Assembly (NCBI RefSeq): GCF_035084215.1
Contig: NC_090333.1
Coordinates: forward strand, 45,942,001 to 46,006,000
From: Heptranchias perlo
Taxonomy: Eukaryota
Direction: 5' to 3'
DNA length: 64,000 nt
Each line of letters opens with the position of its first letter. Positions within the stretch are counted from its first letter, which is position 1. The notes beneath the pieces were generated by a model that made no database searches, was not told where the DNA came from, and saw nothing but the letters and a program-made list of their open reading frames with translations. Below are positions 35,666 through 47,890 of this stretch, one piece after another. The position numbers and the translations under genes were made by a program.

Positions 35666-36530
35666 GGGGGTCATTTTAAACCCCAAGGATGGGTGGGTTG
35701 GGGGCGGGCGGGAAGGAAAAAATTGTAAAAATGTAAAACCCGACCCCAATTTGCCTCCAACCTGCCCACTTCTGGTTTTAACAGAGACAGGTCAAGGGGC
35801 CGGCGACCAACCCGCTCAAAGGAGGCGGGTCAGTCAGTAAAATGTTTTAAGGAAGCTGCTTGCCTCCATTTTAATAGTTATTTTTAACTCCTGGGAGTCG
35901 GGAGTCCCAGGCCTTCTGATTCACGTCACGTAAGAGGAGGCGAGAAGGCCCGGATCAACAGATAAGTGCCTTTAATGCACAGCTAGTGTGCCAGGAGGAG
36001 CAGGAGTATTTCCTCCAGGCCCAACAAGCTTACCTACCGCGATACGACACACGCGATCGGCTGAACCCACCCATCAATATCCGACCCCCCCCCCCGATGT
36101 CCGAACCCCAACCCCAATGACCAATGCCCCGCAGTTTCTCTCCCCCTCCCCCCCACTGTCTCCCACCCCCCTGCTGCCTCCCACCACTCCCAGTGTCCAA
36201 CCCCCCCCCCCCCCCCCCCGGTGATGACTGACCCCCCAGATGAGCGACACCCCCTCCTCAATGGCTGCCCAACCCCCCTCCCCGATGAATGACCCCAAGC
36301 CCCCAGTGTCAGATTTACCTATTGGTATCCGCTCCCTGGCTGCATTCCCGTCCAACTGACAGCCAGCCTGTCAATCTGGCTGGCTGTCGCACAGGAAACA
36401 TGCAGAAAAAATTTAAAAGACGTCCTTACATCAAAATTGTAAGGACGTCCAGGAAACCTATACTTCCGGGTTTCCCGCCCGGAAATGCTCCCACCCACTC
36501 TCTCCACAGCTCGGAGTAAAAATCCAGGCT
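35666..36530. mobile_element. GC-rich non-autonomous element nested in the Harbinger, with a C-rich low-complexity core
   Basis: Begins GGGGGTCATTTTAA and ends TAAAAATCCAGGC, a terminal style shared with 46542 and 60104; poly-C tracts at 36080-36310. Confidence 0.5.
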
Positions 36531-36688
36531 TATAACTTAGATCGAGGTGTGGCACTGAGAAGTGAGTGACCTGCAACTTCTAAAATGACCTTAAATCAAT
36601 TTTTAACAGTTACTAACGATCAAAAAAACTTTTTACAATGCAGTAAAAAGTAATTAACAGTCTAGCACATACACTTTTCCACAGAGAA

Positions 36689-37920
36689 ATGTCTCAAGAA
36701 GTAACGACCGCAGAACTTTGAAGTGGAGGACCTGCAGGCCCCCCGAACGAAGTGGAGAAGAGGCATGAGCGGCTGTTGGAGACTGCAAGGGTGAGGGCTC
36801 CCTGGTACATCAGCATGGTTGTGCGGAGGGAGGTGGCGGAGAGCCTCACTGCAATCTCAACGGTCCCACAGTCAGGGGACGAATGCGGGAAGAACTATAA
36901 CGACCTGACCAGGCAAGTTAAGCATTCTCAGAACCTCAATTCAGAACTCTCTAGTAAAAGTACAAAATGTGTCTGCTTTTTTAAAGGTTGGCTGGTCATT
37001 ACTTGTTTGTTTAAGGCAGAACCCAAAGGCAAGTAAATCGTAAAACTCAGTTGAAGTGGAAGACTACCCAGTGATGAGTTTCACAGCTTTTGTCTGCTGA
37101 AGTGAAGATTCCAATGCATGATAATAAGCCTCTCACACTAAGCAACCCATGCGACGGTCTCTGTGTTTCTCCACGCACGGCAAGTCGGCACACAATTCAC
37201 GGGAGCATGTACAGACGGGAGGAGGGATCACCTTCCTCAAGGAGCTTTCTCCTCCCGGGGATACAGGCCTGCAGCTGCAAGGCTTCCATGGTGAGGTGAA
37301 TGTGGCCCGTGCGGAGGCTGGAGCTGTATTAGCACGGCAAGGTGAGTGTCAAGGCCTCTTGCTTTGTTTCCTGCCCAGGAACTACCCAAGGATGAGACAG
37401 AGACAATGGACATTTGAGATTTGTGAAATGCATGTGTTCAATGGGCTGCGTGTTTACAACCTGTTTAATGGCTACAAGGAAATTAAAGTGGGAGGATGCT
37501 TGTGCAGCATGTGAGCATTGGCATAGGCAGCTTGGGGTGTATGCCTTTTTCGGTATTGTGCATTGAATGTGAAGATAACTATTATGTGATGTGGCAAATG
37601 AACATGTTGCACCATTGTAACATTTTGTTCTTCCTTCCCACAGGTTCACAACAACCCCAGCTGGACAACCTCTGCTAGGTTGTTACGCGGGCTGTTGATT
37701 TGCTTGCCGCGAGCAGTACTGGACTGCAGCTGATGCCCGTGTCCCCCCTTGCAGCGCCACCCGCTGCGGAGACAGTCCAAGGCCATGAGGGACATGCCTC
37801 TGACGAGCAGGAAGGCAGCAGTTCCCAGGGCCACCTCCTTCCATCCCTAGGCTTTGTGACAGATGCACAGGCCTTGCAGAACCCGGCTGCTAAAGGTGAT
37901 CCTCCAGTGTGCTAGCCGCC
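36689..37920 (+). pseudogene. Myb/SANT-like DNA-binding gene remnant, probably multi-exon
   Basis: RPQNFEVEDLQA../VEKRHERLL...RREVAESLTAISTVPQSGDECGKNYNDLTRQVK, then REHVQTGGG...LSP; donor AAG|GTGAGT at ~37341 and pyrimidine-rich acceptor TTCCCACAG at ~37643. Confidence 0.6.
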
Positions 37921-38692
37921 CATCACAGGAGGCAGCTCCCAGTAGTCACAACCCACCTACTCCCGACGTCCTCTTGGAACAACATCCGGAACTCAACTCC
38001 CAGCTCCCAGATCTCGACCGACATGTCAGATGCAGAGGCCGTGCTTGGCATGTCATATGAGGACCGTAAATCACGTCATTAACAGGGTCCTCTACGACAT
38101 TAATTACCAGCCCTAAATGGCTGTGGTGGGAATAATTCATATTAACGTCGTAAATCCAGCAATTTCATGATCGCCATTAAGTTCAATGGAGAGCCTCGCA
38201 GCAAGAACGGACTTTCATCGGCTTTGGTGAGGCTAACGGTGGAGCGGTGCAAATTGTCCCCCAATTCCCAGAGGATCGGATTGCTTTTACTCCGCAAATT
38301 GCTGGATTTTTTTACAAATTAGTAACGGCGAGCGCCGTTAATACATCATTCTAATGATGAGTCTTCCTAGCAATTTCTGGTCCATTAACAATATTCTCCA
38401 ACAAAAACAAAATAAGATAGCACTGTCGAGATAGGATGAGGTGGGGAGAGAGAAAGACAGGAAACAGCAGGTGTGCATAATAATGAGCAGTGACAAAACA
38501 GCTTTGACTGATTAAATTGCAATTAAGTAAATTGCACAATGTAACAACAACAATGCATCAAGTTGAAACCAGGTGGCAAGGGCTAAACTGGCAGTAATTT
38601 GTGCCAAGCAAGTAAAACTAGAACAGGCCATCTGATCACAATCAAACCAGGCACCATATAATTCCTATAATAAACACTTCCCAGGAGCTGAG

Positions 38693-40852
38693 TTGACAAA
38701 ACCTACCGAGTCAGTAAAGCTTCATATATTAGTCCGGTATATAATTCCATCCAGTAGGTTGTCTTTAGTAAATAAAATATTGTCTACCAGAAATCTTTTT
38801 CTGCTTGTAGGAAAATCCGCATCGGAGCAATGGGAGTCTTTCAGAAGGGAGATTGAGACCATACAATGGCAACATGTTCCCGTAAAGGTCAAGGGTGGTT
38901 CCAAGAACTCCAGGGAACCTTGGATGTCAGGGGATATACGAGAATGGATTAGGAAAAAAAGGAGGGCTTTTGGCAGATACAAAAGGCTAAAGACGGAGGA
39001 AGCCCTAGAGGAGTACAAAAAGTGCAGGGGGATACTTAAAAAAGAAATTGGGAGATCAAGGAGGGGCCATGAAATAACACTGGCGAGCAAAATAAAGGAA
39101 AATCCTAAGATGTTTTATAAGTATATTAAGGGTAAGAGGATAGCTAGGGAAAAAATAGGGCCCATTAGGGACAAAAATGGCAATCTGTGTGTGGAGCCGG
39201 CAGATGTAGGAGGGGTTCTAAATGAATTTTTTGCATCTGTTTTCACTATGGAGAAGGACGATGTAGACATAGAAATACGGCAGGGGGACTGTGATATACT
39301 CAAACATATTAACATTGAGCGGGAGGAGGTATTGGCGGTTTTAGCAGGCCTAAAAATGGATAAATCCCCAGGCCCGGACGAAATGTATCCCAGGCTACTG
39401 TGTGAGGCAAAGGAGGAGATTGCGGGGGCTCTAACACATATATTCAGAACCTCTCTGGCCACAGGGGATGTGCCAGAGGACTGGAGAACCGCTAATGTAA
39501 TACCATTATTCAAGAAGGGGAGTAGGGAAAAACCGGGGAACTACAGGCCAGTGAGCCTAACATCAGTGGTAGGAAAATTATTGGAAAAAATTCTGAAGGA
39601 CAAAATTAGTCTCCACTTGGAGAAGCAAGGATTAATCAGGGATAGTCAACATGGCTTTGTCAAGGGAAGATCATGTCTGACTAATTTGATTGAATTTTTT
39701 GAGGTGGTGACTAGGAGTGTGGATGAGGGTAACGCAGTGGATGTGGTATACATGGATTTCAGTAAGGCCTTCGATAAAGTCCCCCACAGGAGACTGGTCA
39801 AGAAGGTACGAGCCCATGGAATCCAGGGTGCCTTGGCACTTTGGATACAAAACTGGCTTAGTGGCAGAAGGCAGAGGGTGATGGTCGAAGGTTGTTTTTG
39901 TGACTGGAAGCCTGTGGCCAGTGGGGTACCACAGGGATCGGTGCTGGGTCCCTTGCTGTTTGTGGTCTACATTAATGACTTGGATATGAATGTAAAAGGT
40001 ATGATCAGTAAGTTCGCTGATGATACAAGGATTGGTAGGGTGGTAAATAGCGAGGAGGATAGCCTCAGTCTGCAGGACGATATAGATGGGTTGGTCAGAT
40101 GGGCGGAACAGTGGCAAATGGAATTTAACCCGGAAAAGTGCGAGGTGATGCACTTTGGAGGGACTAACAAGGCAAGGGAATACACAATGAATGGGAGGAC
40201 CCTAGGCAAGACAGAGGGTCAGAGGGATCTTGGTGTGCAAGTTCACAGATCCCTGAAGGCGGCGGAACAGGTAGATAAGGTGGTAAAGAAGGCATATGGG
40301 ATACTTGCCTTTATTAGCCGAGGCATAGAATATAAGAGCAGGGAGGTTATGATGGAGCTGTATAAAACACTGGTTAGGCCACAGCTGGAGTACTGTGTGC
40401 AGTTCTGGTCGCCACACTACAGGAAGGCTGTGATCGCTTTGGAGAGGGTGCAGAGGAGATTCACCAGGATGTTACCAGGGCTGGAGCGCTTCAGCTATGA
40501 AGAGAGACTGGGAAGATTGGGTTTGTTTTCCTTGGAGCAGAGGAGGCTGAGGGGGGACATGATTGAGGTGTACAAAATTATGAGGGGCACAGATAGGATG
40601 GATACTAAGGAGCTTTTTCCCTTCGTTGAGGGTTCTATAACAAGGGGACATAGATTCAAGGTAAAAGGCGGGAGGTTTAGAGGGGATTTGAGAAAGAACT
40701 TTTTCACCCAGAGGGTGGTTGGAGTCTGGAACTCACTGTCTGAAAGGGTTGTGGAGGCAGGAACCCTCACAACATTCAAGAAGCATTTGGATGAGCACTT
40801 GAAATGCCATAGCATACAAGGCTACGGACCAAATGCTGGAATATGGGATTAG
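38693..40852 (+). CDS. Uninterrupted CR1 ORF2 fragment (RT plus C-terminus, no endonuclease); the first ~35 codons come from the flank
   Basis: KSPGPD, NYRPVSLTS, QHGF, DFSKAFDKV, GVPQGSVLGP, FADD and WNSL with no stops over ~680 codons. Confidence 0.9.
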   Translation: MTKPTESVKLHILVRYIIPSSRLSLVNKILSTRNLFLLVGKSASEQWESFRREIETIQWQHVPVKVKGGSKNSREPWMSGDIREWIRKKRRAFGRYKRLKTEEALEEYKKCRGILKKEIGRSRRGHEITLASKIKENPKMFYKYIKGKRIAREKIGPIRDKNGNLCVEPADVGGVLNEFFASVFTMEKDDVDIEIRQGDCDILKHINIEREEVLAVLAGLKMDKSPGPDEMYPRLLCEAKEEIAGALTHIFRTSLATGDVPEDWRTANVIPLFKKGSREKPGNYRPVSLTSVVGKLLEKILKDKISLHLEKQGLIRDSQHGFVKGRSCLTNLIEFFEVVTRSVDEGNAVDVVYMDFSKAFDKVPHRRLVKKVRAHGIQGALALWIQNWLSGRRQRVMVEGCFCDWKPVASGVPQGSVLGPLLFVVYINDLDMNVKGMISKFADDTRIGRVVNSEEDSLSLQDDIDGLVRWAEQWQMEFNPEKCEVMHFGGTNKAREYTMNGRTLGKTEGQRDLGVQVHRSLKAAEQVDKVVKKAYGILAFISRGIEYKSREVMMELYKTLVRPQLEYCVQFWSPHYRKAVIALERVQRRFTRMLPGLERFSYEERLGRLGLFSLEQRRLRGDMIEVYKIMRGTDRMDTKELFPFVEGSITRGHRFKVKGGRFRGDLRKNFFTQRVVGVWNSLSERVVEAGTLTTFKKHLDEHLKCHSIQGYGPNAGIWD

Positions 40853-40936
40853 AGTAGACAGGGCTGATGGCCGGCGCGGACATGATGGGCTGAAGGACCT
40901 CTATCCGTGCTGTATAACTCTATGACTCTAACTCTA
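38805..40936 (+). mobile_element. Young 5'-truncated CR1 (HER1-like) LINE
   Basis: Intact RT frame followed by a 3' UTR ending ACTCTATGACTCTAACTCTAT. Confidence 0.95.
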
Positions 40937-42296
40937 TAATATTCATTACTTGCATGTCAGGGATCAAGGGACAAGGTGAGGCTCCCTTCCACCCTTCTGG
41001 ATGCCAGTACACCTCCGGGTCAGCCTCCGGGCTCACATTGGGTCCCTTATAGAGGAGGAAGCAGAAACCCCCAGTGTAGGGGTTCTGCCCCCTCTCTTAT
41101 GGCTGGTCTTGTAAGGGGTGGGCAGAGGTTCCCCCCCCAACAAGACCACGCAGGATTTTCCAGCGTAGCCTGGTCTTTTTCCGAGCTATTCTGCCAGAAT
41201 CCCACAGGAGTCCAGCGGAACAGCCAATGAAATTCGGCCCTACATTCGGCCCTACAGCTACATTTTATTGTTTTTTGTAGAAATCATTAGCTGCCACTGC
41301 CCGCCTGCCATCGCTTCCCTCCACCACCCCTCTCCCCCAATCCCGTTCCTCCATTCCTCTCCCCCCACCCACCCCTTCCAGGACTTATCTTAGGGTTGCT
41401 GTTGGCAAGGCAAGCGGCCCAAATTGGCTCGAGCCACTGAGCCGAGCTGCTTATTGAGGTGTGACAGGTGTCAGCAGTTCACCACGATTATTAAAATGAG
41501 GCCCGAGGCCCAATTTCTGACAAGCGTTGGGCCTCTAAGTCGGCTGTCAAATGTCTTTTGTAAGAGGTGTTGAGGTGACATCACATCAATACATCAGCGT
41601 ACTCTGTCATGGAGTCGCAGGAAACTGATTTTTACACATAGCTCTCAGGCCACAAAACTTTTACCTTGGCAATACAATCAGTGAGAGGCACTTGCTCAAA
41701 AAAAGGAAAAAATGAATAATACTTTAACGTACTTCTTGACAAAAATGCCAAATCCACAGAGACCCTGGAGAAGGAGTACATCAGAAAAGAATGATTCATT
41801 GTTTGTGGGGTGAACGAAAAAAGTTGGGAGAAAATAATGTGTGGGGACATATTTTAAAAAGTCTAGAAATAGGCTCAGTCCAATTTACTGCTGTTATAAG
41901 TCTCACAATTATTTTCCATTATTTCATCTCAACTTTTGTTCATTTTTCTATGATTTTATGTTTCAATTTTTTTTGCTCTATTTCTAATTGGAATATAAAT
42001 GAGTCAATTTTAAAGTAGGTACAGTGTGAAAGAAATAATAATTGTCATGCCTTATACCTACATCTCCTGGAGACTAAATCACTGGCCAACTAACTTCTAC
42101 AAGCTTTGCCTTATGATACGTTAAAACCCTAATTTATCTCTACACCAATTCTGAATTCTTAGTGCTTTCTCAAAATTGTTTTCCACTTATTTCTGTATTA
42201 TCCAGAAACTGCCGTGATGCCAAAACAAACTACTTCGCACTTTCCCCAGCCTCTGTGAGTGTTCACTAGGAGATTTCTTTGGAGGGTTGGGGGGGG

Positions 42297-42916
42297 GGGG
42301 CGGAATTGTCCTCCTCAGGGTGGAGTTAACACAGGACAGGACTTCTGCCCACTCCATCGGATTTGGCTCAACTGCAACCCATTTTTCACTTGTTGGGTTT
42401 CATTCCATACCCACAGAGGGCTTCCGGCAGGATTCCTACCTAGAGGGAGCCCACCAGTGTGAGGGCAGAAAATCCTGCGTATGCTGTGGAGAGGATGCTG
42501 CTGCAGCACCAGAAGAGGCAGTGAGAGATTTAACGGAGCAAAAGCACTACAAAGGTGACAGCAAAGCGCCCGCTGAAGGCCTCATGTGAGACTTGGAGGG
42601 AGAGGAGGCCACCTTAAGGCCCTCTCCATTGGGAGAACCCGAAGCCTTCCCAGGACTTATTACCACCTTGCACATGGCAGCCCTGGGAAATGGCAATTAG
42701 TGGGGTAGACGGCAGGGAAATCCACCACTCAGCTCCTGCCCCATAGATGCCATTTGCATGTGGCGGGTGAGGAAGCAGCAGCCAGTGACGGTCCTGGCTG
42801 GGGCAGGGAGAGGGAAATCTGGGTCGAGGCAGTGAGGTGGCGATAGTCCTCAGCACCCAAATTTTCCCTCATTCTTCACCTGATTTCGGTCAGGACCATG
42901 GAGGAGCATTCACCCC
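42297..42916. mobile_element. Non-autonomous DNA transposon (MITE-like)
   Basis: Inverted ends GGGGCGGAATTGTCCTCC / GGAGGAGCATTCACCCC around a GC-rich block. Confidence 0.5.
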
Positions 42917-43115
42917 TCATTGTTCATTTTTCCCTTCCTATTTGTGGGAAGCACCCAATTTCTAGTTGTTGTCTTGTTCTGATGGTACTGCCAAGAGCTT
43001 ATTGTGTGGGACCTGTGTGTAAAAATTCACATTCTAGGACTATGTGAGACAGGTTAATATTGTTGCTTTACTACAATAATTCACCATTTCCAAACACTTT
43101 TAACTAAAGGTATAT

Positions 43116-43240
43116 GGCTTTAATTTCCGCATGATCATCTGCTGGAACTTCAATGGTAGATCCGTTTTCTCAGGGTTTCTGATCTTCAGCCAAAGTTACG
43201 GCGAAAGATTGGGAGAAATCGCAGCAGAAATTCTACCCCC
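43116..43240. mobile_element. Short Harbinger-type MITE
   Basis: Ends GGCTTTAATTTCCGC / GCAGAAATTCTACCCCC; homologous to 26866-27042 and 10950-11020. Confidence 0.55.
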
Positions 43241-43489
43241 TAACATTTTGTTATGTTTGTGTAAACTGAACTATAAAGTAAGCAAGAAATGACTTAATTT
43301 ATAATCCAGCACCCCAATTATTCCCTGAGCAATTCCTATGTAACAGTAGTAACTCATCTCAATGCCCAGATCACATATGCAATTCTATTGATTGTTGTTA
43401 CTAGGATTCAGAAGGGCATAGTATCTATTAGCCTATAATCAGTGCAAACTGCTTCCTAGTTACAACTTTGGCTCTCCATATTAACAGCA

Positions 43490-43770
43490 ACTGGAGAGGA
43501 ACTTGGAAAGGAAGGGGTAAACTCCAGTTGTCGTGGTCCATGTTGGGACCAAAGACATAGGGAAGAAAAGGGAGCAGGTCCTGCTAAAGGAATATCAGAA
43601 GCTAGGAACTAAATTAAAAAACAGGACCTCACGGGTGATAATCTCGGGATTACTACCCGAGCCACCTACTAATTGGCATAGGGATAGACAGATCAGGAAA
43701 GTGAATGCGTGGCTGAAAGACTGGTGTGGGAAGGAGGGATTCCATTTCACGGGACACTGGCAATATGGCA
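43490..43770 (+). mobile_element. CR1 ORF1 SGNH-esterase fragment
   Basis: VVHVGTKDIGKKR...LKNRTSRVIISGLLP...NAWLKDWC.KEGF; paralogous to 48980-49220. Confidence 0.88.
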
Positions 43771-44384
43771 GTGTTATTCATGTTAAAGGGATATTGCCAG
43801 CTGCAATCAACGGACCAGCACCAACTTCCTCTCCTGCCCAGCTGGAAACTAAATAATATCGCCAAAAAACAGGTACACTGAAAAACATCAGGTCTAAACT
43901 AAGTTTAACAGCATGGTAAGTCTTAATGACTGCCTGCCAAACAACTAAAAATTAACTTTTAAAACTATGGAGTCTCATTACTCCTACTTTAATCATTTTT
44001 GGTAATTTAAAAAAAAAATTCTAAAATGTTTTTAAAACTTTTTTCTTCTGTCTCTTTTATTTAATTTATATTTCTTACCCGCTCTTTTTTCACTGTCTAT
44101 AACTGTTTTTACAAATGATTTTAGTATTGCACCTTTCACTTCCTGAATTTTACGTTCCAGCTTACAACCTTTCAAAAATGCTGCAGCCTGATTGGCCAAG
44201 GGGAGAAATCGATCTTCTCGCTTCTCTCATGGGTCCTAGCTTTGCTGGAGCTAATGCTGGGCTCTTCTTGCTTTCAACTAGAGGACGTGTCTGCAGTAAA
44301 GACCGCAGTAAGTTTAGACATTATTTCAGTCGAACAAGCTGTGGCCCGCGTTGCTTTTCCGCTCGGAACAATTTACGGGCCAAT

Positions 44385-45485
44385 ATAGAATAGTCAGCAC
44401 ATATTTCTAAAGGGAAGGTCATGCTTGACCAACCTTATTGAATTCTTTGAAGAAGTAACAAAAAGAGTAGATGTGGATAATGCAATGGATGTAACATATT
44501 TAGATTCTCAAAAGGCCTTCGATAAGGCCTTCATAGTAGACTCGTGACTAAGATCAAAGCAAGTGGAGTCAAGGGATGAGTAGCAGAATGGATAGCAAGC
44601 TGGCTACAAAACAGAAAAGAGAGAGATGGGGTTAAGGGTAGCTACTCAGACTGGCAAATGGTGGGAAGTGGTGTTCCATAGGGATCGGTGCTGGGACCAC
44701 TGTTATTCACTATTTACATAAACAATTTGGACTCGGAAATCAGAAGTACAATTTCAAAATTTGCGGACAGCACCAAATTGGGGGGTATAGTTAATACAAA
44801 GGAAGAATGCGACAAAATACAAGAAGACATTAATAAACTTGCAGGATGGGCATGTAATTGGCAAATGAATTTCAATATAGACAAGTGTGAGGTGGTGCAT
44901 TTTGGTAGGAAGAATAAGGAGGTCACATACTGCTTGGATAATAAGAGTTTAAATGGGGTAGAGGAGCAAAGGGATCTCGGGGTACGGATACACAAATCAC
45001 TAAAAGTAGTGATGCAGGTTAATAAGGCCATAAAAAAAAAACCAAGCAATGGGGTTCATTTCTAGAGGGATAGAATTGAAAAACAGAGAAGTTATGTGAA
45101 TCTTGTATAGAACCTTGGTTAGACCACACATGGAGTACTGTGAACAGTTCTGGTCCCCATATTATAAAAAGGATATAGAAGCATTGGAGAGTCCAAAACT
45201 AGAGGCCATAAATTTAAGATAGTCACTAATAAATCCAAGAGGGAATTCAGAAGAAATTTCTTTTCCCAAGGAGCGGTAAGAATGTGGAACGCGCTACCGC
45301 AAGGAGTAGTTGAGGCAAATAGCAGAGGTACATTTAAGGGGAAGCTAGATTAGCACATGAAGGAGAAAGGAATAGAAGGGTATGCTGATAGGGTTAGATG
45401 AAGAGGGATGGGAGGAGACACGTAGGGAGCATAAACACCGGCATAGACCAGTTGGGCCAAATTACCTGTTTCTGAGCTGTAGACT
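44385..45485 (+). mobile_element. CR1 RT/3' fragment, decayed
   Basis: SQHIF.KGRSCLTNLIEFF, LGPLLFTIYIN, FADSTK and WNALP; CR1 3' UTR. Confidence 0.9.
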
Positions 45486-45534
45486 CGATGTAACTCGATG
45501 TTACAGCAAAGCCCACTTTGCTTGGCTCCCGACT

Positions 45535-46250
45535 CACAAGATAGAGGTGCGGAAGGCCATTCGGCATATCCATCCATCCATCCGCCCCCACATTGTAGCA
45601 TCCAATTGTTTCTTAAATTATTCCAGGGACACGTCGATCACTATTTGTTTGATGAATTTCCTGATATCTACTGTAAAAGTAACTTCTCCAGTTTGAACCT
45701 GTGTGCCCTAATTCTACCCCTGCAGTTTAATTTAAAGTAATATTCTGGGTTAACTGTTTTCGATACCTTTAACAATTTTATGTACCTCTATAAGATCTTC
45801 TCTCAGATATCTCAGCAGCCCAAGTTTCTGCAGATTTTTCTCATTACTCAGACCCCTGACACTGGAGATCAGCCTGTACTGTCTACAGCATTTAAATACC
45901 TCTCTTGTTTCTTAGGATGCACAACTGGACAGAGTATTCAAGGTGCGGTCTGCAGTATGAAATTTGATCATTACCTCCTCTGACTTACATTCTACTGTTC
46001 TGATTATGTAGTTCAACATCCTTTTGGCTTTGTGGATTGCTGTTCTGCGTTGGTTGGATATATTCAGCGTCGAGTCCACTAAGACTCTGAGGTCTCCTTC
46101 AACTTCACCCTTAATTATTTCAACAACGTTCATAGAGTATGGGTGTTATCTATTTTTTCTTTCCATATGTAGCACTTTACACTTGTCTGCATTAAATTTC
46201 ATCCACTATTGTTCTGACCAGTTACATATCTCATCTAATTCATCCTTAAT
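45535..46250 (-). mobile_element. Old CR1 fragment
   Basis: Minus strand DLRVLVDSTLN...KAKRMLNYI.RTVE; CR1 tail at ~45540-45570. Confidence 0.75.
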
Positions 46251-46541
46251 GCCCTCTGAAGTGGTCTAGCAAACCATCCGGTTGTAAACAATTGCTACAA
46301 AGTTCAATAATAAATTTAAAAATCAAACAGATCTACCAGCAGGTACCAAACTCAAACATACTGCATGAAAGATGCTGCCAGATAGCCAGCCATTAGATAT
46401 CCCCCCATGGATCCGGTTACAGTAAAATTATTAATTACGGCTGAAGTTAGGAACTGACACACAAATATATGATGATCCTTGCATACTGTACCACCTACAC
46501 ATTTACTGAGCAGAAACCTTTCCTATTGCAGTAAACGTATT

Positions 46542-47223
46542 GGGGGAAATTTTAATGCCTGCTGGAAACAGGGTGGGGGTCAGTTAAAATGGAGGGGGGA
46601 ACTTTCCCACTGGCCCTGATTTGTCGGACAGAAATTTTAAATTGCAGGCAGCAAGGACACCTGCCTGAAGCCAGCGAGATCCTTTTTAAAATATGCCGAA
46701 AACTGCAATATTAATCTGAGGTCTGAGTGGGGCAGCAGTAGTGGCTTCCCCATCAGGCCAAAGCTATCAGGATGTGAATGCTGGGCCAGAAGAAACCCAG
46801 AAGGATGCTTTTAATTTTTTTCTTTAAAGTTTCCTTGTATGTCAGGGAACAGGAGTTCTCCTCCAGGCTCTACAGGGAAACCTTGGGCCTCGGTTGGAAC
46901 CCCATCCTGATCACTTACTTTAGTGCCGGTGACCATGTCCTCTGGTTTTCGGTGGAGGCCTCCTACCGCCCAATTTTAACGGCCAGAGAGCTGCTTCCCA
47001 CCGATGTCAACAGCAACAAAAACTTGCATTTATATAGCGCCTTTAACATAGTAAAATGTCCTAAGGCGTTGGCTGACTTCCAAGCCTCTTTGGTCAGAAA
47101 GTCAGCCAGTGGCATGCTAATGAAGTCCGGCCATTAAAATCAACTGGGCCACTTGGCTGTTGCTCCCTGATGAGTCGGCAGCTTGCTAGGCCTTGTTCCT
47201 GCCCAGGACTTAAAATCGACCCT
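46542..47223. mobile_element. MITE-like element containing a short antisense L2 tail (~47008-47070)
   Basis: Ends GGGGGAAATTTTAA / TTAAAATCGACCC; internal CAACAAAAACTTGCATTTATATAGCGCC. Confidence 0.55.
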
Positions 47224-47377
47224 ACTGACTTAGTAAGTGCAAGGATAAACATACGGGGGTAATTGACAGCACCACTGTGCTAGATCAATATAATTTTCAT
47301 CTCTTGGACCTGGTTTTGAAGTTAGTCCAGATTCATGGTGTGATTATCTTCTATCTCTGATAATAATAAGGGTATTA

Positions 47378-47890
47378 TCATAGTAGGTACAGCACAGGAG
47401 GGGGCCATTTGGCCCATCGTGCCTGTACCAACTCTTTGAAAGAGCAATTCAATTAGTCCCATTCCCCTGCTCTTTCCCCATAGTCCTGTAAATGTTTCCC
47501 TTCAAGTATTTATCTAATTCCCTTTTGAAAGTTACTGTTGAATCTGCTTCCACCACCCTTTCAGGCAGTGCATTTCAGATCATTAAAATTCGCTGTGTAA
47601 AAAAATGTTTCCTCGTGTCACCTCTGGCTCTTTTGCCAATCACCTTAAATCTGTGTCCTCTGATTACTGGCCCTTCTGCTACTGGAAACAGTTTCTCCGT
47701 ATTTACTCTATCAAAACTGATCATGATTTTAAACACCTCTATCAAATCTCCCCTTAACCTTCTCTGTTCTGAGGAGAACAACCCAACTTCTCCGGTCTCT
47801 CCGCATAACTGAAGTCCTTCTATTAATAAAGCCCAGGATCCCATATGCTTTTTTAATAGCCTTCGCAACTTGTCTTGCCACCGTCAAAGA
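47378..47890 (-). mobile_element. CR1 3' fragment
   Basis: EQRRLRGDLIEVFKI...RGHRFKV...FFTQR on the minus strand. Confidence 0.9.

Larger units (their letters stand above)
35479..38383 (+). mobile_element. Complete-ended PIF/Harbinger element carrying only a Myb/SANT gene remnant
   Basis: TIRs GTGCCAGAAATTGCT / GGACCAGAAATTGCT; TSD ATT at 35476-35478 and 38384-38386. Confidence 0.75.

Noticed and set aside
38693-40852. Retron, DGR or group II intron RT, or a domesticated host gene
   Set aside because: The sequence and 3' tail are ordinary CR1 LINE, with many paralogous fragments in the same window.
41231-41256. Tandem ATTCGGCCCTAC duplication
   Set aside because: A local slippage or duplication at a repeat end; only two copies.
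41672-41700. Minus-strand micro-exon (QVPLTDCIAK|GTAAAA)
   Set aside because: Too short to distinguish from chance splice-like signals.
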